A DNA stretch of 64,000 bases from Dictyostelium discoideum. Lineage: Eukaryota. Below the pieces are notes generated by a model, which saw only the letters and a list, made by a program, of their open reading frames with translations, was not told the origin of the DNA and searched no databases. The first letter of the stretch is position 1. Every line of letters starts with the position of its first letter. The position numbers were made by a program, and so were the translations under genes. This document shows, one piece after another, positions 1 through 12,487 of the stretch. The stretch is taken from contig CM000152.2 in the NCBI GenBank assembly GCA_000004695.1, positions 768,001 through 832,000 of the forward strand. Reading direction: 5' to 3'.

Positions 1-775
1 ATCCTCTTCAATTTGTGATATTGTACCAAGTACATGTTTTCTACCAGTATTACCAAGTAATGAACTTAGTGGTGTAATAGTTTGATATTCATTCTTTAAT
101 TTATCAGATGCTAAAACTGGTGTTGAAAAATAATCATTTCTTTCAGTTCTTTGTAAAACTTTTAAATATCTTTTTCTATATAAATCTGATTTCGAATTTG
201 ATGATCCATGTAATGATCTATCAAAATTTTCACTTCTAAAATTTATTTATTGTGTGTGTGTGTATATTAATATTAATATAACACAATTTCTTTTATATAC
301 ATATGTAAATAATTTTAAAAAACTTACTTTATAAATTGTTTTGAATTTGAATCAAAATTAAATAATGGTGTATTAAATGCATCAATTACTTTTAATGCTT
401 CTTTTTCAATTGCATCTGAACTATTAATTGTATCAATTAATTTAAAACATCCTTCAATTGTTTGTAAATCTATTATATTATTGTTCACTTTATATTTATG
501 TATATGTATGTGTATACGTGTGGGAAAAAAAAAAAAAAAAAAAAAATAATTATTATTATTATAATTTTATAAATATATTTATTTATTTATTTTAAATTAT
601 AATTAAACATACATTGACTTTTATCTAAATTTTTTAATAAATTATCAATTAATTGAGTTATATCATAACCTTCATTCTTTATTCTATTAATAATACATTT
701 CATTGCATCTGCTTTAATTGAAAAACCAGTTAATGAAAATGATTTAGTAATTTGCTTCTTCCATTGTATATCCAT
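1..775 (-). CDS. pole2: DNA polymerase epsilon subunit 2 (Dpb2/POLE2 family), N-terminal part; gene continues beyond window start
   Basis: Minus-strand exons 613..775 (ATG at 775, [13 protein letters not shown]...DKSQ), 328..487, and 1..235 (partial). Introns run GTATGT..AG and GTAAGT..TAG. The exon 3 translation ...[63 protein letters not shown] aligns with the conserved RERYTILHQRTHRHELFTPP...LLGS block of eukaryotic Pol epsilon B subunits. Confidence 0.8.
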
Positions 776-975
776 TATAATAAATATGAAATGAATATAT
801 ATAAATATACAAATCTTTAAAGTTTAAAGTATATGTGGGGTGCGCGTAGTGTTATTGTAATTATTATTTTGAAAATTTTTTTAAATGAAAAAAAAAGGCG
901 CAACTTTTTTTTTTTATTTTTTTTATTTTTTTTTTTTTATTTTTTCGATATTTACAAAAAGGAAAAAAAAAAAAA

Positions 976-1484
976 TGACAGATACCGTTTTTGAACAAAA
1001 GCAACAAATTCAAATATTAATTGAATGGTTGGAAAATAATAATAACAATAATAATAATAATAATAATAACAAAAGTTGTACAGATTGTGACAATGATTCA
1101 TTTGGATTAATTGATTTAAGAAATAAAGATGAATATATAAATGGACATTTCCCAAATTCAACCAATATTCCATTAGAAGAATTAGATGTCAGAATGTTTG
1201 AATTACCACCAAGAGAATCATTCATTGGTGTAATTTATAATGAAAATGAAAATAATAACAATAAGGAAATAATTGAAAAATTACTATCAAATTATAAACT
1301 TAAATTCTTAATTTCACAAAATCAAATCGATAATAATGAAAATGGGAATGAACCATCAATAAAATCAAAACAATCTGAAACTGGTAACCAATCTAAAATG
1401 TTATGGAAAGCATGTCAATACCTTAATGATAGTATCAATATAATCGAATCAACTTTAAAACAGCAACAACAACAACAACATGAA

Positions 1485-1554
<70 letters not shown>

Positions 1555-2144
1555 TTAAATTTAATTGTATTGATATTGCATGTGGATCAGGTAGAGATTG
1601 TTTATTTTTAGCAAATCGTAAAATTTGGAAAGTTGTGGGTGTTGATAATGATCAAACACTTTTAAATAAAATGATGGATGCAACTAATAGATTCAATTTG
1701 AATGGTAATGTATTTGAATTAAACTTAGAATTAGAACCATTAACACCAAAACATAATCAAGATGATAATAATAATTCTGAAATTAAAGATCAAGAAGAAA
1801 TTCAATGTTTAAAATTATTACCAAAATTATTAGAACCTTTAAATAATAATAATAGTAATGGTAATGGTAATATTATCAATGGATATGATTTAGTTCATGT
1901 AGCAAGATACCTTCATAGACCATTATTTCCATTACTTAATGAATTGGTTAAACCTGGTGGATTTATACTTTATCATACATTTATGACACCAAGTATGGGT
2001 AAACCAAGAAGACCTAGATTTTTATTGAATCCAAATGAATTAAAAGAAAAGTTTAATCAATTCAATGTTTTAAATTATATTGAAACATATTTAGATGATG
2101 GTAGACCAATTCAAGTTTTATTAGCTCAAAAACCAATAAATTAA
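976..2144 (+). CDS. Rhodanese-domain / TehB-like SAM-dependent methyltransferase fusion protein
   Basis: Single exon. The likely start is ATG 976 (MTDTVFEQKQ...); the ORF-track start at 885 sits in a poly-T/low-complexity stretch. The N-terminal half has a rhodanese-like fold signature (GLIDLRNKDEYINGHFPNSTNIPLEEL). The C-terminal half carries MTase motif I (IDIACGSGRDCLFLA) and a KPGGFILYH block comparable to TehB (LDLGCGNGRNSLYLA ... KPGGYNLIV). PolyN/polyQ insertions are encoded by (AAT)n and (CAA)n. Confidence 0.7.
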
Positions 2145-2188
2145 TTTTTATTTAAATAAAAATAAATAAATTAAATATCTATTTTTGG

Positions 2189-2219
<31 letters not shown>

Positions 2220-2498
2220 TTTTATTTTTTTTTTTCAACCAAAAAAGTTTATTTTTAGAATTTAATTATATATAATTCATTTTTTTTTTTTGGGTGCTTT
2301 TTTATTTTTATTATTTATATATATAAGTGGTGTGGACAGAATTAAAAAATTAATAAAAAGTAAAAAAAAATAAAAAAATAAAAAAAATTTAAAATTTGTG
2401 TTTTTTTATTTTTTATTTTTTTTTTTTTATTTATTATTTATTTATATACAACATTTTTTTTTATGCTTATCTATTAGTATATTATAGTTATTATTATA

Positions 2499-2858
2499 TT
2501 ATTTTGATTTATCAGTTGGAGTACTTTGAACTATAGGTTTTTGCCATGATAATGGGTGTTGACAATATATCTTCCAATTTGGTAAACATAACTTTAATAT
2601 TAAAGAAAAAAAAAAAAAAAATAAAAATGTTAGTAAATAAATTTTAGTCCGATAATAAATAACAATTAATAAATTAATAAAAAAAAAAAAAAGGTGTAGA
2701 GTACTTACAATTAATGATAAGAAAGTTCCCAAAGCTACTGAATAAAAAGTAATACTAAAATCTTGTTTAATGAAACCAATAATCCAACCAATGACACCAA
2801 AGATAATAATTGTGTATTGATATATATATTCTGCTAATTTTTGACCTTCAAAATCCAT
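2499..2858 (-). CDS. spcs1: Signal peptidase complex subunit 1 (SPCS1/SPC12)
   Basis: Two minus-strand exons, 2710..2858 and 2499..2590. The intron (2591..2709) has a GTAAGT donor and an AG acceptor. The spliced product MDFEGQKLAEYIYQYTIIIFGVIGWIIGFIKQDFSITFYSVALGTFLSLI|LCLPNWKIYCQHPLSWQKPIVQ... aligns along its whole length with human SPCS1 ([29 protein letters not shown]...[20 protein letters not shown]). Confidence 0.8.
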   Translation of the reverse strand: MDFEGQKLAEYIYQYTIIIFGVIGWIIGFIKQDFSITFYSVALGTFLSLIVSTLHLFFFFINLLIVIYYRTKIYLLTFLFFFFFSLILKLCLPNWKIYCQHPLSWQKPIVQSTPTDKSK

Positions 2859-2947
2859 TTTTAACTTTCTTTTTAGCTTGATAAACGAACCTTTTTATTT
2901 TATTTTATTTTAATTTTTATTTTTTTTTCTTGAAGAAAAATTAAAAT

Positions 2948-2993
<46 letters not shown>

Positions 2994-3364
2994 TGACTCA
3001 CACAGAAAAAAAAAAAAAAAATTAAAAATAAAAAAAAAAAAAAAAAAATCATCATCAAATTGTTTTTTGAATTTTTATTTCTCTATTTAACTCCAATTTA
3101 TTGAAAACAATATTAATTGATAAATCTATTCAATAATTTTATTTCATTTTCAAGTTATTGATATGAAATAATTTCATTGATAGCTGCATTTTATATTGTT
3201 GTCAATTTATTTTGCTTTCAATAAATTGTGGATATTAAGAAATAAAAATTTAAATTATTCAATTAACCAATTTCAACAATTGTTTATATATATATATCTC
3301 TATTAGTATTGTTTTTTTTATTTTATTATATATTTTTTTATTTTTATTATTATTTTAGTTTTGA

Positions 3365-5623
3365 TTAATTTATAAAGATTTCACAAGATAATTGATTGTG
3401 ATCAATTGAATCAAGGATTGGAATGAAACTTGATAATTTTAAGTATTGTTGTCCAATTTCTTGATCAATTGATTTTAATGATGACGATGATGATGATGAT
3501 GATGATGATAATAATTCTATGAGTTTATTTATATCAAATGAAATTAAATAATAAAATTTAATATAAATTATTGATTTTCTAGTTTGATTTAATATTGATT
3601 GAATTTCCAAAAATAATTGATTAATGTAATCTTCAAATTTAATATCACTTTTTAAATTATTAAATTGTGAATGAATAAATGAATTTGAATTTGAAATTTT
3701 TAATGTAATTCCTCTATTATCATTAATTTCTAATTTCATCGGATTTGTATTATTATTATTTTTATTATTATTTTTATTTTCTTCATATTGATCAATATTA
3801 TCATAAGTTAAGTCATTTTGAATAATTTCAGGTTCTTTAAAAAGTGTGAATAAAATTTCAATATTTGAATTTTTTGGTAATTTTGGAATTTTAAATATTT
3901 GAATTAAACTAATACTACCATCACTGCCACTATCATTATTATTATCAATAAAGAATTGTTTTAAATAATTAATTATATTTTCAAACATTGTTGAATCGAT
4001 TTCATTTGAAATGAAAATTGTTGACTGAATTACATTACTAAAACTAATATTTAAACAATCTAATAAATTATATGTGTTTAATAAAATTTGTTGGATTTCA
4101 ATCTCTAATTGATTATTTATATCATTATTATTATTATTATTTGTATTAATGATAAAAGTTAAATCTTTAGAATATTTAATTAAATCCAAATTATTTGGTA
4201 TCATTGAGATTTGACCAGCTAAAAATGTGAAGCCTTTATATAGATTTGCTTGTGAATAAGGACCAATACAAGCTGGTGCCCAATTACTAATGGATTGAAC
4301 ATGAAGATTTGATTTTTTTTCAATTGCACCAATACAATCAATTAAAAATTTAGTTTTATCATTTTTTGATAATGGAATTTCAATACATGCTCTTGATGCT
4401 GGATTATTTTTAAAATATTTATAATAGTATTGATTAACAATTGAAAAATCTTTCATATCTGAAATATAAAGATTAACATATAATAATTGATCAATTGATA
4501 ATGAATTCTCTTTTAATATATTTGAAATATTTAATAAAGCTTTATCTAATAATTCACCAATATTGTAATCATCTTTATCATTATCAATATCATTATCATT
4601 AATCTTTGTTGTAGTTGAAGATAAATTAAAAAAGTTTTTATTCTTTATTAAATTTAAAGAATATTCAATATTTAAATTTGATTCTAAAAAATTAAAATTT
4701 GTTGAATTTGTTGAATTTGTTTGATCATTTGTTGAATTTGAAATTAAAGTTGGAATTAAAAGATTTTCATTAAAATTTTTTAAATTATTTAAATTTCTAT
4801 TTAAATAATTTGAATTTAAATAAATTGAATCTTGAATTATTTGTTGAGTTGATTTTTCAGTTGTTGAATATTTTGAGATTGATGCATAGGCAACTTGAGA
4901 GAAAGCATCATCAGAATGAATGATTGTTTGGTATTGGTCGATGTTTATACGCTTTTTGTATAGAGGACAATCGATTACGATCGATTCATATTCACCACCT
5001 TCACCACAAATGTGGACGCCAAATTTTTGGTTTAATGAATACAGTGTTGGGTAAAGTTGAGTTATCGATTTTAGTAAATGCTTCTCAGCTACTAATCCCA
5101 TTGATGCAACTTTGATTATAATAGCCTCAATTTTACAATCAATCATTTCTCTTAGTAACTCATCTTGATTCCTATTCCAAAGGTATGAATAACTTGTGAG
5201 GTTTAGTCGTGAACAGCAATTCTCAACCCTGATTCTTTGATAGGTTGACAGAATGGCGCCGCATGACACACCTTTGATATTTGGGTGACTCTCTTTAACT
5301 AGTTTTAAAAGGGTGTGTAAATCTTCAACTTCATCTTTTGAATTCACTTCTAACTCTTCATTATAAGTATCGGTTTCTCTGCTAATTGCAGTACCGTTGA
5401 TTTCAATTTGGTATAATGGTAATTCTAAACATTCCTTGGCAATGATTTCAATTAAATTATTACCAACTGTTTGATACATAAAACTATCCAATTCTTCAGA
5501 AGAATTGGTTTTTGGTGGTTTTAAATTTGCTAATGCTACAATCTTATGTCCATTTCTAACACATTCAATTAAATTATAAATTGAATCTTTTCCACCTGAT
5601 ATTAATCCAACAATTTCAACCAT
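3365..5623 (-). CDS. dph6: Diphthine--ammonia ligase (diphthamide synthetase Dph6/ATPBD4) with two C-terminal RidA/YjgF-like domains
   Basis: Single 752-aa ORF. The N-terminus MVEIVGLISGGKDSIYNLIECVRNGHKIVALANLKP is the PP-loop ATP pyrophosphatase signature (SGGKDS) of Dph6. The long C-terminal region matches the endoribonuclease L-PSP/RidA-like repeats seen in fungal and animal Dph6. A low-complexity Asn-rich linker lies between the two parts. Confidence 0.85.
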   Translation of the reverse strand: MVEIVGLISGGKDSIYNLIECVRNGHKIVALANLKPPKTNSSEELDSFMYQTVGNNLIEIIAKECLELPLYQIEINGTAISRETDTYNEELEVNSKDEVEDLHTLLKLVKESHPNIKGVSCGAILSTYQRIRVENCCSRLNLTSYSYLWNRNQDELLREMIDCKIEAIIIKVASMGLVAEKHLLKSITQLYPTLYSLNQKFGVHICGEGGEYESIVIDCPLYKKRINIDQYQTIIHSDDAFSQVAYASISKYSTTEKSTQQIIQDSIYLNSNYLNRNLNNLKNFNENLLIPTLISNSTNDQTNSTNSTNFNFLESNLNIEYSLNLIKNKNFFNLSSTTTKINDNDIDNDKDDYNIGELLDKALLNISNILKENSLSIDQLLYVNLYISDMKDFSIVNQYYYKYFKNNPASRACIEIPLSKNDKTKFLIDCIGAIEKKSNLHVQSISNWAPACIGPYSQANLYKGFTFLAGQISMIPNNLDLIKYSKDLTFIINTNNNNNNDINNQLEIEIQQILLNTYNLLDCLNISFSNVIQSTIFISNEIDSTMFENIINYLKQFFIDNNNDSGSDGSISLIQIFKIPKLPKNSNIEILFTLFKEPEIIQNDLTYDNIDQYEENKNNNKNNNNTNPMKLEINDNRGITLKISNSNSFIHSQFNNLKSDIKFEDYINQLFLEIQSILNQTRKSIIYIKFYYLISFDINKLIELLSSSSSSSSSSLKSIDQEIGQQYLKLSSFIPILDSIDHNQLSCEIFIN

Positions 5624-6650
5624 TATTTTATTAATTCGTTTTTTTTTTTTTTCAAAAAAACAAAAAAAACAATAAAAACAAAAAAAAAAAAAGTTTTAAA
5701 AAAAAAAAAAAAAATAATAAGATAAAATACCTTAATAAATTTGTTTTTTTTTTTTTTTTCAATTTTTTTTTTTGTATTAACGTGGAATTGTATAACAGTA
5801 ATTCCTTTCTTTTTTTATATATATTTATTATTTTTTTTTATTTATTTGCATTTTTTAATTTAAATTTTTTTTGAATATATATTAAAATAATAATAAAATA
5901 AAGTAAAATTTATTTTAGGTAAATATACAAAAAATTTGAAAAAAAAAAAAAAAAAAAAAAAAAATAGTAAAAAAAAACAAATAATAAAATTTAATTAATA
6001 CTTCAACACAACAACAACAAAAATCAAATAGAAATTAAAATTAAAATTAAAATTAAAATAAAATTATGATGGATATTTTCAAGAATTAAATAATATTAAT
6101 AATCCACATTTCACAACAGTAATAAAGAAAATAGAAAATAATAATAATTAGAAAAAAAAAATAATTATCAAAAAAATAAAAAAAAAAAAAAAATTTGTAT
6201 GATAAAGGTGTTTTTTATTCAAACATTGACTAATTTAATTATAATTGAAAGGTTTTTTTTTAAAAAAATAATTTCACCTTCTTTGGAATGGATTTTTTTT
6301 TTTAATTGAGTTTGAGAACACACTTCGCCTTCTTATAAGAACATTGACGTAACCTAGGTATTTTGAATTTTTTAAAATTATAGTTTCAGTGAACGGTAAT
6401 TATTATTATTAAAAAATTATAAAATAAAAAAAAAATAAAAAAAAATAACTTACTTTTTGAAGGTGATATTATTAATTTATGAAAACAAAAGTGTTATAGT
6501 ATTAAAAAAACAATATTCATTACGACAATATTTAAAAATGATTGATTTTCATATTGATTGAATTGTTGTTTTTTTTTTTTTTTTTGTTTTTGAACTATAA
6601 TATATTGAGAGAGACAGAGAGAGTTGTCATTGATTAATTTTCTTTTTTTT

Positions 6651-6681
<31 letters not shown>

Positions 6682-8295
6682 ATGATTTTGAAAAGAGGTA
6701 ATACCCAGGAATTACAATATTCTAATTAGCACATTTACCTTCGAAACACTTGACATAATAAATTAATATTACATGTTTGAAGTTTCTTTTTAGAAATAAA
6801 AAGAATGTAAATGAGGAGTGGTCGGTCGTTTCCTCGATTAGGATGAGAGGCATGTCTGACTCCCCAACTTTGCCCACTTTAACTGATTACAGCACGATCA
6901 CCCACTAATGATGCTTCATTGTATATGTGAATGATAAGGCTTCAAACCACCCGGCGTACAATGAAAATGTAAAAGAAGGACAACTCCAGAATAGAAAATT
7001 TTAATTCACCTACACAAAAAGATTAAAACAAAATAGAAATTAATCCATTTTGTTTTGTTTATCATTTAAAAAGTTGAAAAAAAATTATTGTATCTGTGAT
7101 GCCCCTCCAATTATGATCCATTGGAGTAAAAATCTTTGTAATACTCTTTAAACCCTCTCTAATTTATCTTAAAAAAAAGAAATTGAAATACTATTAAATT
7201 GAAATTCAAGAATAATTAACCAATATTATGTAATGTCTCTTTTGGAATTCCATTAACCTATATATTTATATAAATAGTAAAAAAGGAAAAAAAAAAAAAA
7301 AAAAAAAAAAAATAATATATAAAATTAGTATTTTTTTTAATTATGTTTTTATAATTAATTTACTTTTTTTTTTTCACAATACTATTTTAATTCTTTTATA
7401 TATATATTATTTAATTTTTATTTTTTTGTTTTGTTAGAATTAATTTTATTAATGAAAATTAAAAAGAAAATTTTTGTTTTTTATACTTTTTTTTTCTTTT
7501 TTTTTTTTTTTATTTCATACCAAGTTTGGATGAGATTATTATTATAAACCAAAAAAGGAATTCAGATCATTAAAATTTTTTTTTATTTTTTTTTTTGTTT
7601 TCATTTTTACTCTTTTTAATGATTGATCAATAAATTCCTGTTTTGGTTTTTTGTTTCCTATTCAGGAAAATAAAAAAAAAAATAAAGGGTTAATTTTTTT
7701 TTTTTTTTTTTTATTTTTTTTTTATTTTTATTTTTATTTTTTTTATTTTTATTTTTAATTTGATTTCTATTTTTAAAAATTATTATATCATTTTTTTTTT
7801 TTTTTTTTTTGATTTTATTTTATTTACAGTTTTTTTATATTTATTTTATTCACAGTTTTTTTTATATTTATTTATTTATATCTTTTTTTTTTCAATTTTT
7901 CATCCAAATATTCTGATCTTTTTTTTAGATAATTCATTTCTGGTAATATCTCTTTTTGTTGTTTTTATGATTGCAAAAATTAAAAAAAAATTGAAAAAAA
8001 AAAAAAAAAAAATAGCACCAACTTGAAAGTAAATTGTAATTTAATTTTTAAACAATCAAATAACTGTTTGAAAATAGTTTATTATTTATTAAATTTAATT
8101 GTTGAAAAATCATAAATTAAAAAAATAAATAAAAAAAAGAAAAAAAAAAAAAAAGTCAAAAAAAAAAAATTTTATTTTTTATTTTTTTTATTTTTTCCGT
8201 TCCTATACAACATCAACATTAAATATTAATACCCTTTAAAGTTTGTATAAAAAAAAAAAAAACAAAAAAAAATTAAAAAAAATTAATTAGTTTTG

Positions 8296-10895
8296 ATGGA
8301 TCCACCAAAATTAACATTTATTTCAAAAAGAGATACAAAGAAAAAGGATGAAGTGAATAAAGAACAACCAACAAAAAATTTAAAAATATTAGATTGTAAT
8401 GTATATCTTATTTTTTTAAAAAAAACAAACTTTCAAATTAAAATATTATAAATTAAAATTATACTAACATGTTTTTATTATTAAAAATAGTATTTTCAAA
8501 TGATGAAGAATTTTCAAATCCAACTCAAGAAGAACCAACAAATACTCTTCAAGAGAAATTAATGAATGTTGATCCTCTAGAATTCTTTTCAAAAGGTGGT
8601 TTAAAGGAAGAACAAAAGAAAGAAAGAGATGACCATAGGGATGATTATAGAGATTCTCGTGATAGAGATCGAGATTATAGGGATAATGGTGGTCGTGATA
8701 GAGATAGAGATTATAGGGATGGTGGTGGTGGTGGTGGTGGTCGTGATAGAGATAGAAATAGAGACAGAGATAGAGACAGAGATAGAGATTATAGGGACGG
8801 TGGTGGTGGTCGTGATCGTTATAGAGATAATGACCGTTATAGAGATACTGATAGATACAGAGACAATGATAGAAGAGATGGTAGTGGTAGTGGTAGTAGT
8901 CGTAGAAGGGATGAAAGAAGAGAGAATAGTGGTCGTAGAGATTATAGAGATAATGATAGAAGGGATGATAGAAGAGATAATGGTAGATATGGAAGAGATA
9001 ATGATAATAGTGGTGGTGGTGGTAGTGGTAAAAATAGTTCAGATAAAAAAGAAGAGATTAATCCAGTTAGTAATAATAATGATATTCATAAAGATAGAAT
9101 TAAAAGAGATACAACTCAATTCTCACATAAAGTATTTGAACAAATTAATAATAAAAGAGATAGAGAGGATCCAGAATTAAGAGATATTAAAGTTGACTAT
9201 ATGGGTATAAAAAGAGATGAAAATAGAAAGAAAATTAAAGGTGAAAAAGGTAAATTCGTTTTCGAATGGGATAGTTCAGAAGATACATCATCTGATTATA
9301 ATACATTATATACAAAGAAATTAGAAATTCAACCTCAATTTGGTCATGGTAATTTTGGTGGTTATGAAAAGAATAATAATAATAATGGTAATCACTATAA
9401 TGGAAATATATACAATAATAATAATAATAATAACAACAACAACAACAATAATAATAACATAAATAATAATAATAATGGTTCAATGATTGGTGGTAAACAA
9501 ATTTCAGAATTACCAGATACACATTGGTCAAAGAAACCATTGAAATCAATGACAAAGAGAGATTGGCATATTTTTAAAGAGGATTTCAATATTTCAACAA
9601 AGGGTGGTATTGCGCCAAATCCAATTAGAACATGGCAAGAATCCAATTTACCAAGAGAGATTCTTGAGGCTATTCGTCAACTTGGTTATGAAAAACCATC
9701 ACCAATTCAAATGCAATCCATTCCAATTAGTTTAACTGGTAGAGATATTTTAGGTATTGCAGAGACTGGTTCGGGTAAAACTTGTGCTTTCGTTATACCA
9801 ATGTTAATTTACATTAGTAAACAACCACGTCTAACTAAAGACACTGAAGCTGATGGACCATATGCATTGGTAATGGCACCAACAAGAGAGTTGGTACAAC
9901 AAATTGAAAAGGAAACAAGAAATTTCGCTCAACATTTTGGATTTCGTGTGGTTTCATTGGTTGGTGGTCAATCGATAGAGGATCAAGCCTATCAGGTGAG
10001 TAAAGGTTGTGAAATTATCATTGCTACACCAGGTCGTTTAAATGATTGTTTGGAGAAACGTTATTTGGTATTGAATCAATGTAATTACATCGTATTGGAT
10101 GAGGCTGATATGATGATTGATTTAGGATTCGAACCACAGGTTACCAGTGTATTGGATGCAATGCCCTCGTCTTTCTTAAAGAGTGAAGACGATGAAATGG
10201 CAGAGAAACAAGAATCTGATCGTAGTCATATCTATCGTACCACCATTTTATTCTCTGCAACCATGCCACCACTTGTTGAAAAGCTCTCCAAAAAGTATCT
10301 AAGAAGACCATGTACCATTACCATTGGTGAAGCTGGTAAAGTGGTTGACCGTATTCGTCAAACTGTTATCTTTGTCAAATCAGAGAATGATAAGAAGGAA
10401 CATTTAACTCAACTAATCAAGGATGGTCCACCACCACCAATCATTATATTCGTCAATAAAAAGAAACATTGTGATATCATTGCTCCCGTCCTCGAGGAAT
10501 GTCGTGTATCTTACACTATCCTCCATTCGGGCAGATCTCAAGAACAGCGTGAGGCTGCTTTAGAAGGTTTCAAAAAGAGAAAATACGAAGTACTCATTGC
10601 TACTGGTGTGGCTTCAAGAGGTATTCATGTCGATGGTGTAACTCATGTCATCAATTTCGATATTCCAAAGAATATAGAAGATTACACTCATCGTATTGGT
10701 AGAACTGGTAGAGCTGGTTCAGCTGGTTTGGCCTCCTCATTTATCACTGATAAAGATGTTGAAATCATGTATGACCTTAAACAAATCTTAACTTCAACTA
10801 ATAATATCGTACCAATTGAATTATTAAAACATCCTTCTTCACAACAAAAACATGGTTCTTCAAAAGATCATAATAAATCTGTAATTTTTAAATAA
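8296..10895 (+). CDS. ddx23: DEAD-box ATP-dependent RNA helicase DDX23/Prp28 (U5 snRNP 100 kDa) with N-terminal RD/RDY-repeat (RS-like) domain
   Basis: Exon 1 is 8296..8395 (MDPPKLTFISKRDTKKKDEVNKEQPTKNLKILD). The intron has a GTAATG donor at 8396, a TACTAAC branch site at 8463 and a TAG acceptor at 8490. Exon 2 is 8491..10895. The N-terminal roughly 190 aa consist of RDRDRDYRD-type repeats. The helicase core carries the Q motif, GSGKT (motif I), DEAD, SAT, and HRIGRTGR (motif VI). The C-terminal tail resembles DDX23. Confidence 0.85.
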
Positions 10896-11402
10896 ATTAA
10901 AATTATTAAAATTATTAAAAAAATAAAAAAACTTAAAAAAAAAAAAAGAAATCAAATTCATTTTATTTTTATTTTGGATATTTTTTTTTTTTCCTATCTA
11001 TCTATTTTTGATCAATGTAGCCCAGATTTACAAGATCCTTTCATATTTTCATTTAAAATTTTATTTTTTTAAATTTTTTTTTTTTTTGGGTATTTTTTTA
11101 TTTTTTTTTTTTTTCAAAAAAATTTTTTTATTTTTTTATTTTTTTTTTTATTTTTTTATTTTTTGACCCCTTTTCGCCATCTTTTTATTTTTTTATTATT
11201 ATTGTGCATTTTGTGGAACACAAATAAATAAATAAACAAAATAAATAAATAAAACAAATAAACAAATAAATAACAATAAATAATAAATAGATTAATACAT
11301 AAATAACCAAATAAATAAAATTAGATATAAATATATTTAAAAGATCAAGCGATTTATCCCCATATTTTTATTAATACCAACCTCCTATATTGAAAAAAAA
11401 AA

Positions 11403-11455
<53 letters not shown>

Positions 11456-11474
11456 TAAATAAATAAAAAGGGAA

Positions 11475-12415
11475 ATGCATTGGTCAAAAGCACAAACTAA
11501 AGGAGATATTGCTTTTGAAGGCATTAGATCACATACAGCAACAGTAGTAGGTCACAAGATATATGTATTTGGTGGGTCTGATATTCAAGATAGATTCAAT
11601 GATTTATTAATTTTGGATACAAGTAGGTTAAAATAAATATATACTAGATAAAACATTAATAGTAGGGTTTATGTTAACCATTCATTCATTCATTCATTCA
11701 TTCACTCATCCATTCATTCATTCATATATTTTTTAGAAACAATGTTTTGGCATAAGCCAAAGACAACAGGCGCAGAGGGTTGTATTCCTAATCCTCACAG
11801 AGCACACTCTTCAACATTAGTAGATCATAGATTATTCATATTTGGTGGCGGTGATGGTCCAAATTATTTTAAAGATCTTTATATTTTAGATACAAGTAAT
11901 GTATATTCATTTTTTATTTTTCACTAAATTATTAAGATTAATTATCTTTACTAATATATCCCTCCCTCCCTTCTTCACTCCCTTTTTCATAAAACATTAT
12001 TAAACTATTATTTATTATTTTAGATACATTAACATGGACAAAACCAACAACATTAGGTAATGGACCAGGACCAAGAAGGGCACATACAGCAAATTTAATT
12101 GGTAAATTAATATATATTTTTGGAGGTGGTGATGGTAATAAAGCATTGAATGAAGTTTATGTATTGGATACAGAAACATTGACATGGACTTATATAAAAA
12201 CAACTGGTGCTATACCAGGTAGTAGAGGTTATCACTCTAGTGTATTATTATCTAATGGTAGAATAGGTATTTTTGGTGGTTCAGATGGAAATGATTGTTT
12301 TTCAGATTTTTATGTTTTTGATACAAGTATTTATTATTATAATTTTATTAATTATTAATTATTAATTATATTATATTTATAAATAGATAGGATAAACAAT
12401 TTACTAACCTATTAA

Positions 12416-12487
<72 letters not shown>

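Noticed and set aside
952-1225. Minus-strand ORFs 952..1173 and 1010..1225
   Set aside because: Antisense to the (AAT)n polyN-coding region of the methyltransferase gene (polyY/polyL products).
4924-5115. 63-aa plus-strand ORF inside dph6
   Set aside because: Antisense to a well-supported conserved coding region. No independent signals.
7760-8026. 88-aa Phe/Ile/Leu-rich ORF
   Set aside because: Derived from poly(T)/T-rich intergenic sequence upstream of ddx23. Low complexity.
8629-9646. ORFs 8629..9180 +, 9235..9555 - and 9395..9646 - overlapping ddx23
   Set aside because: Alternate-frame or antisense products of the periodic RD-repeat and polyN-coding DNA. Composition (polyV/I/E, polyY/C, polyL) is typical of repeat artefacts.
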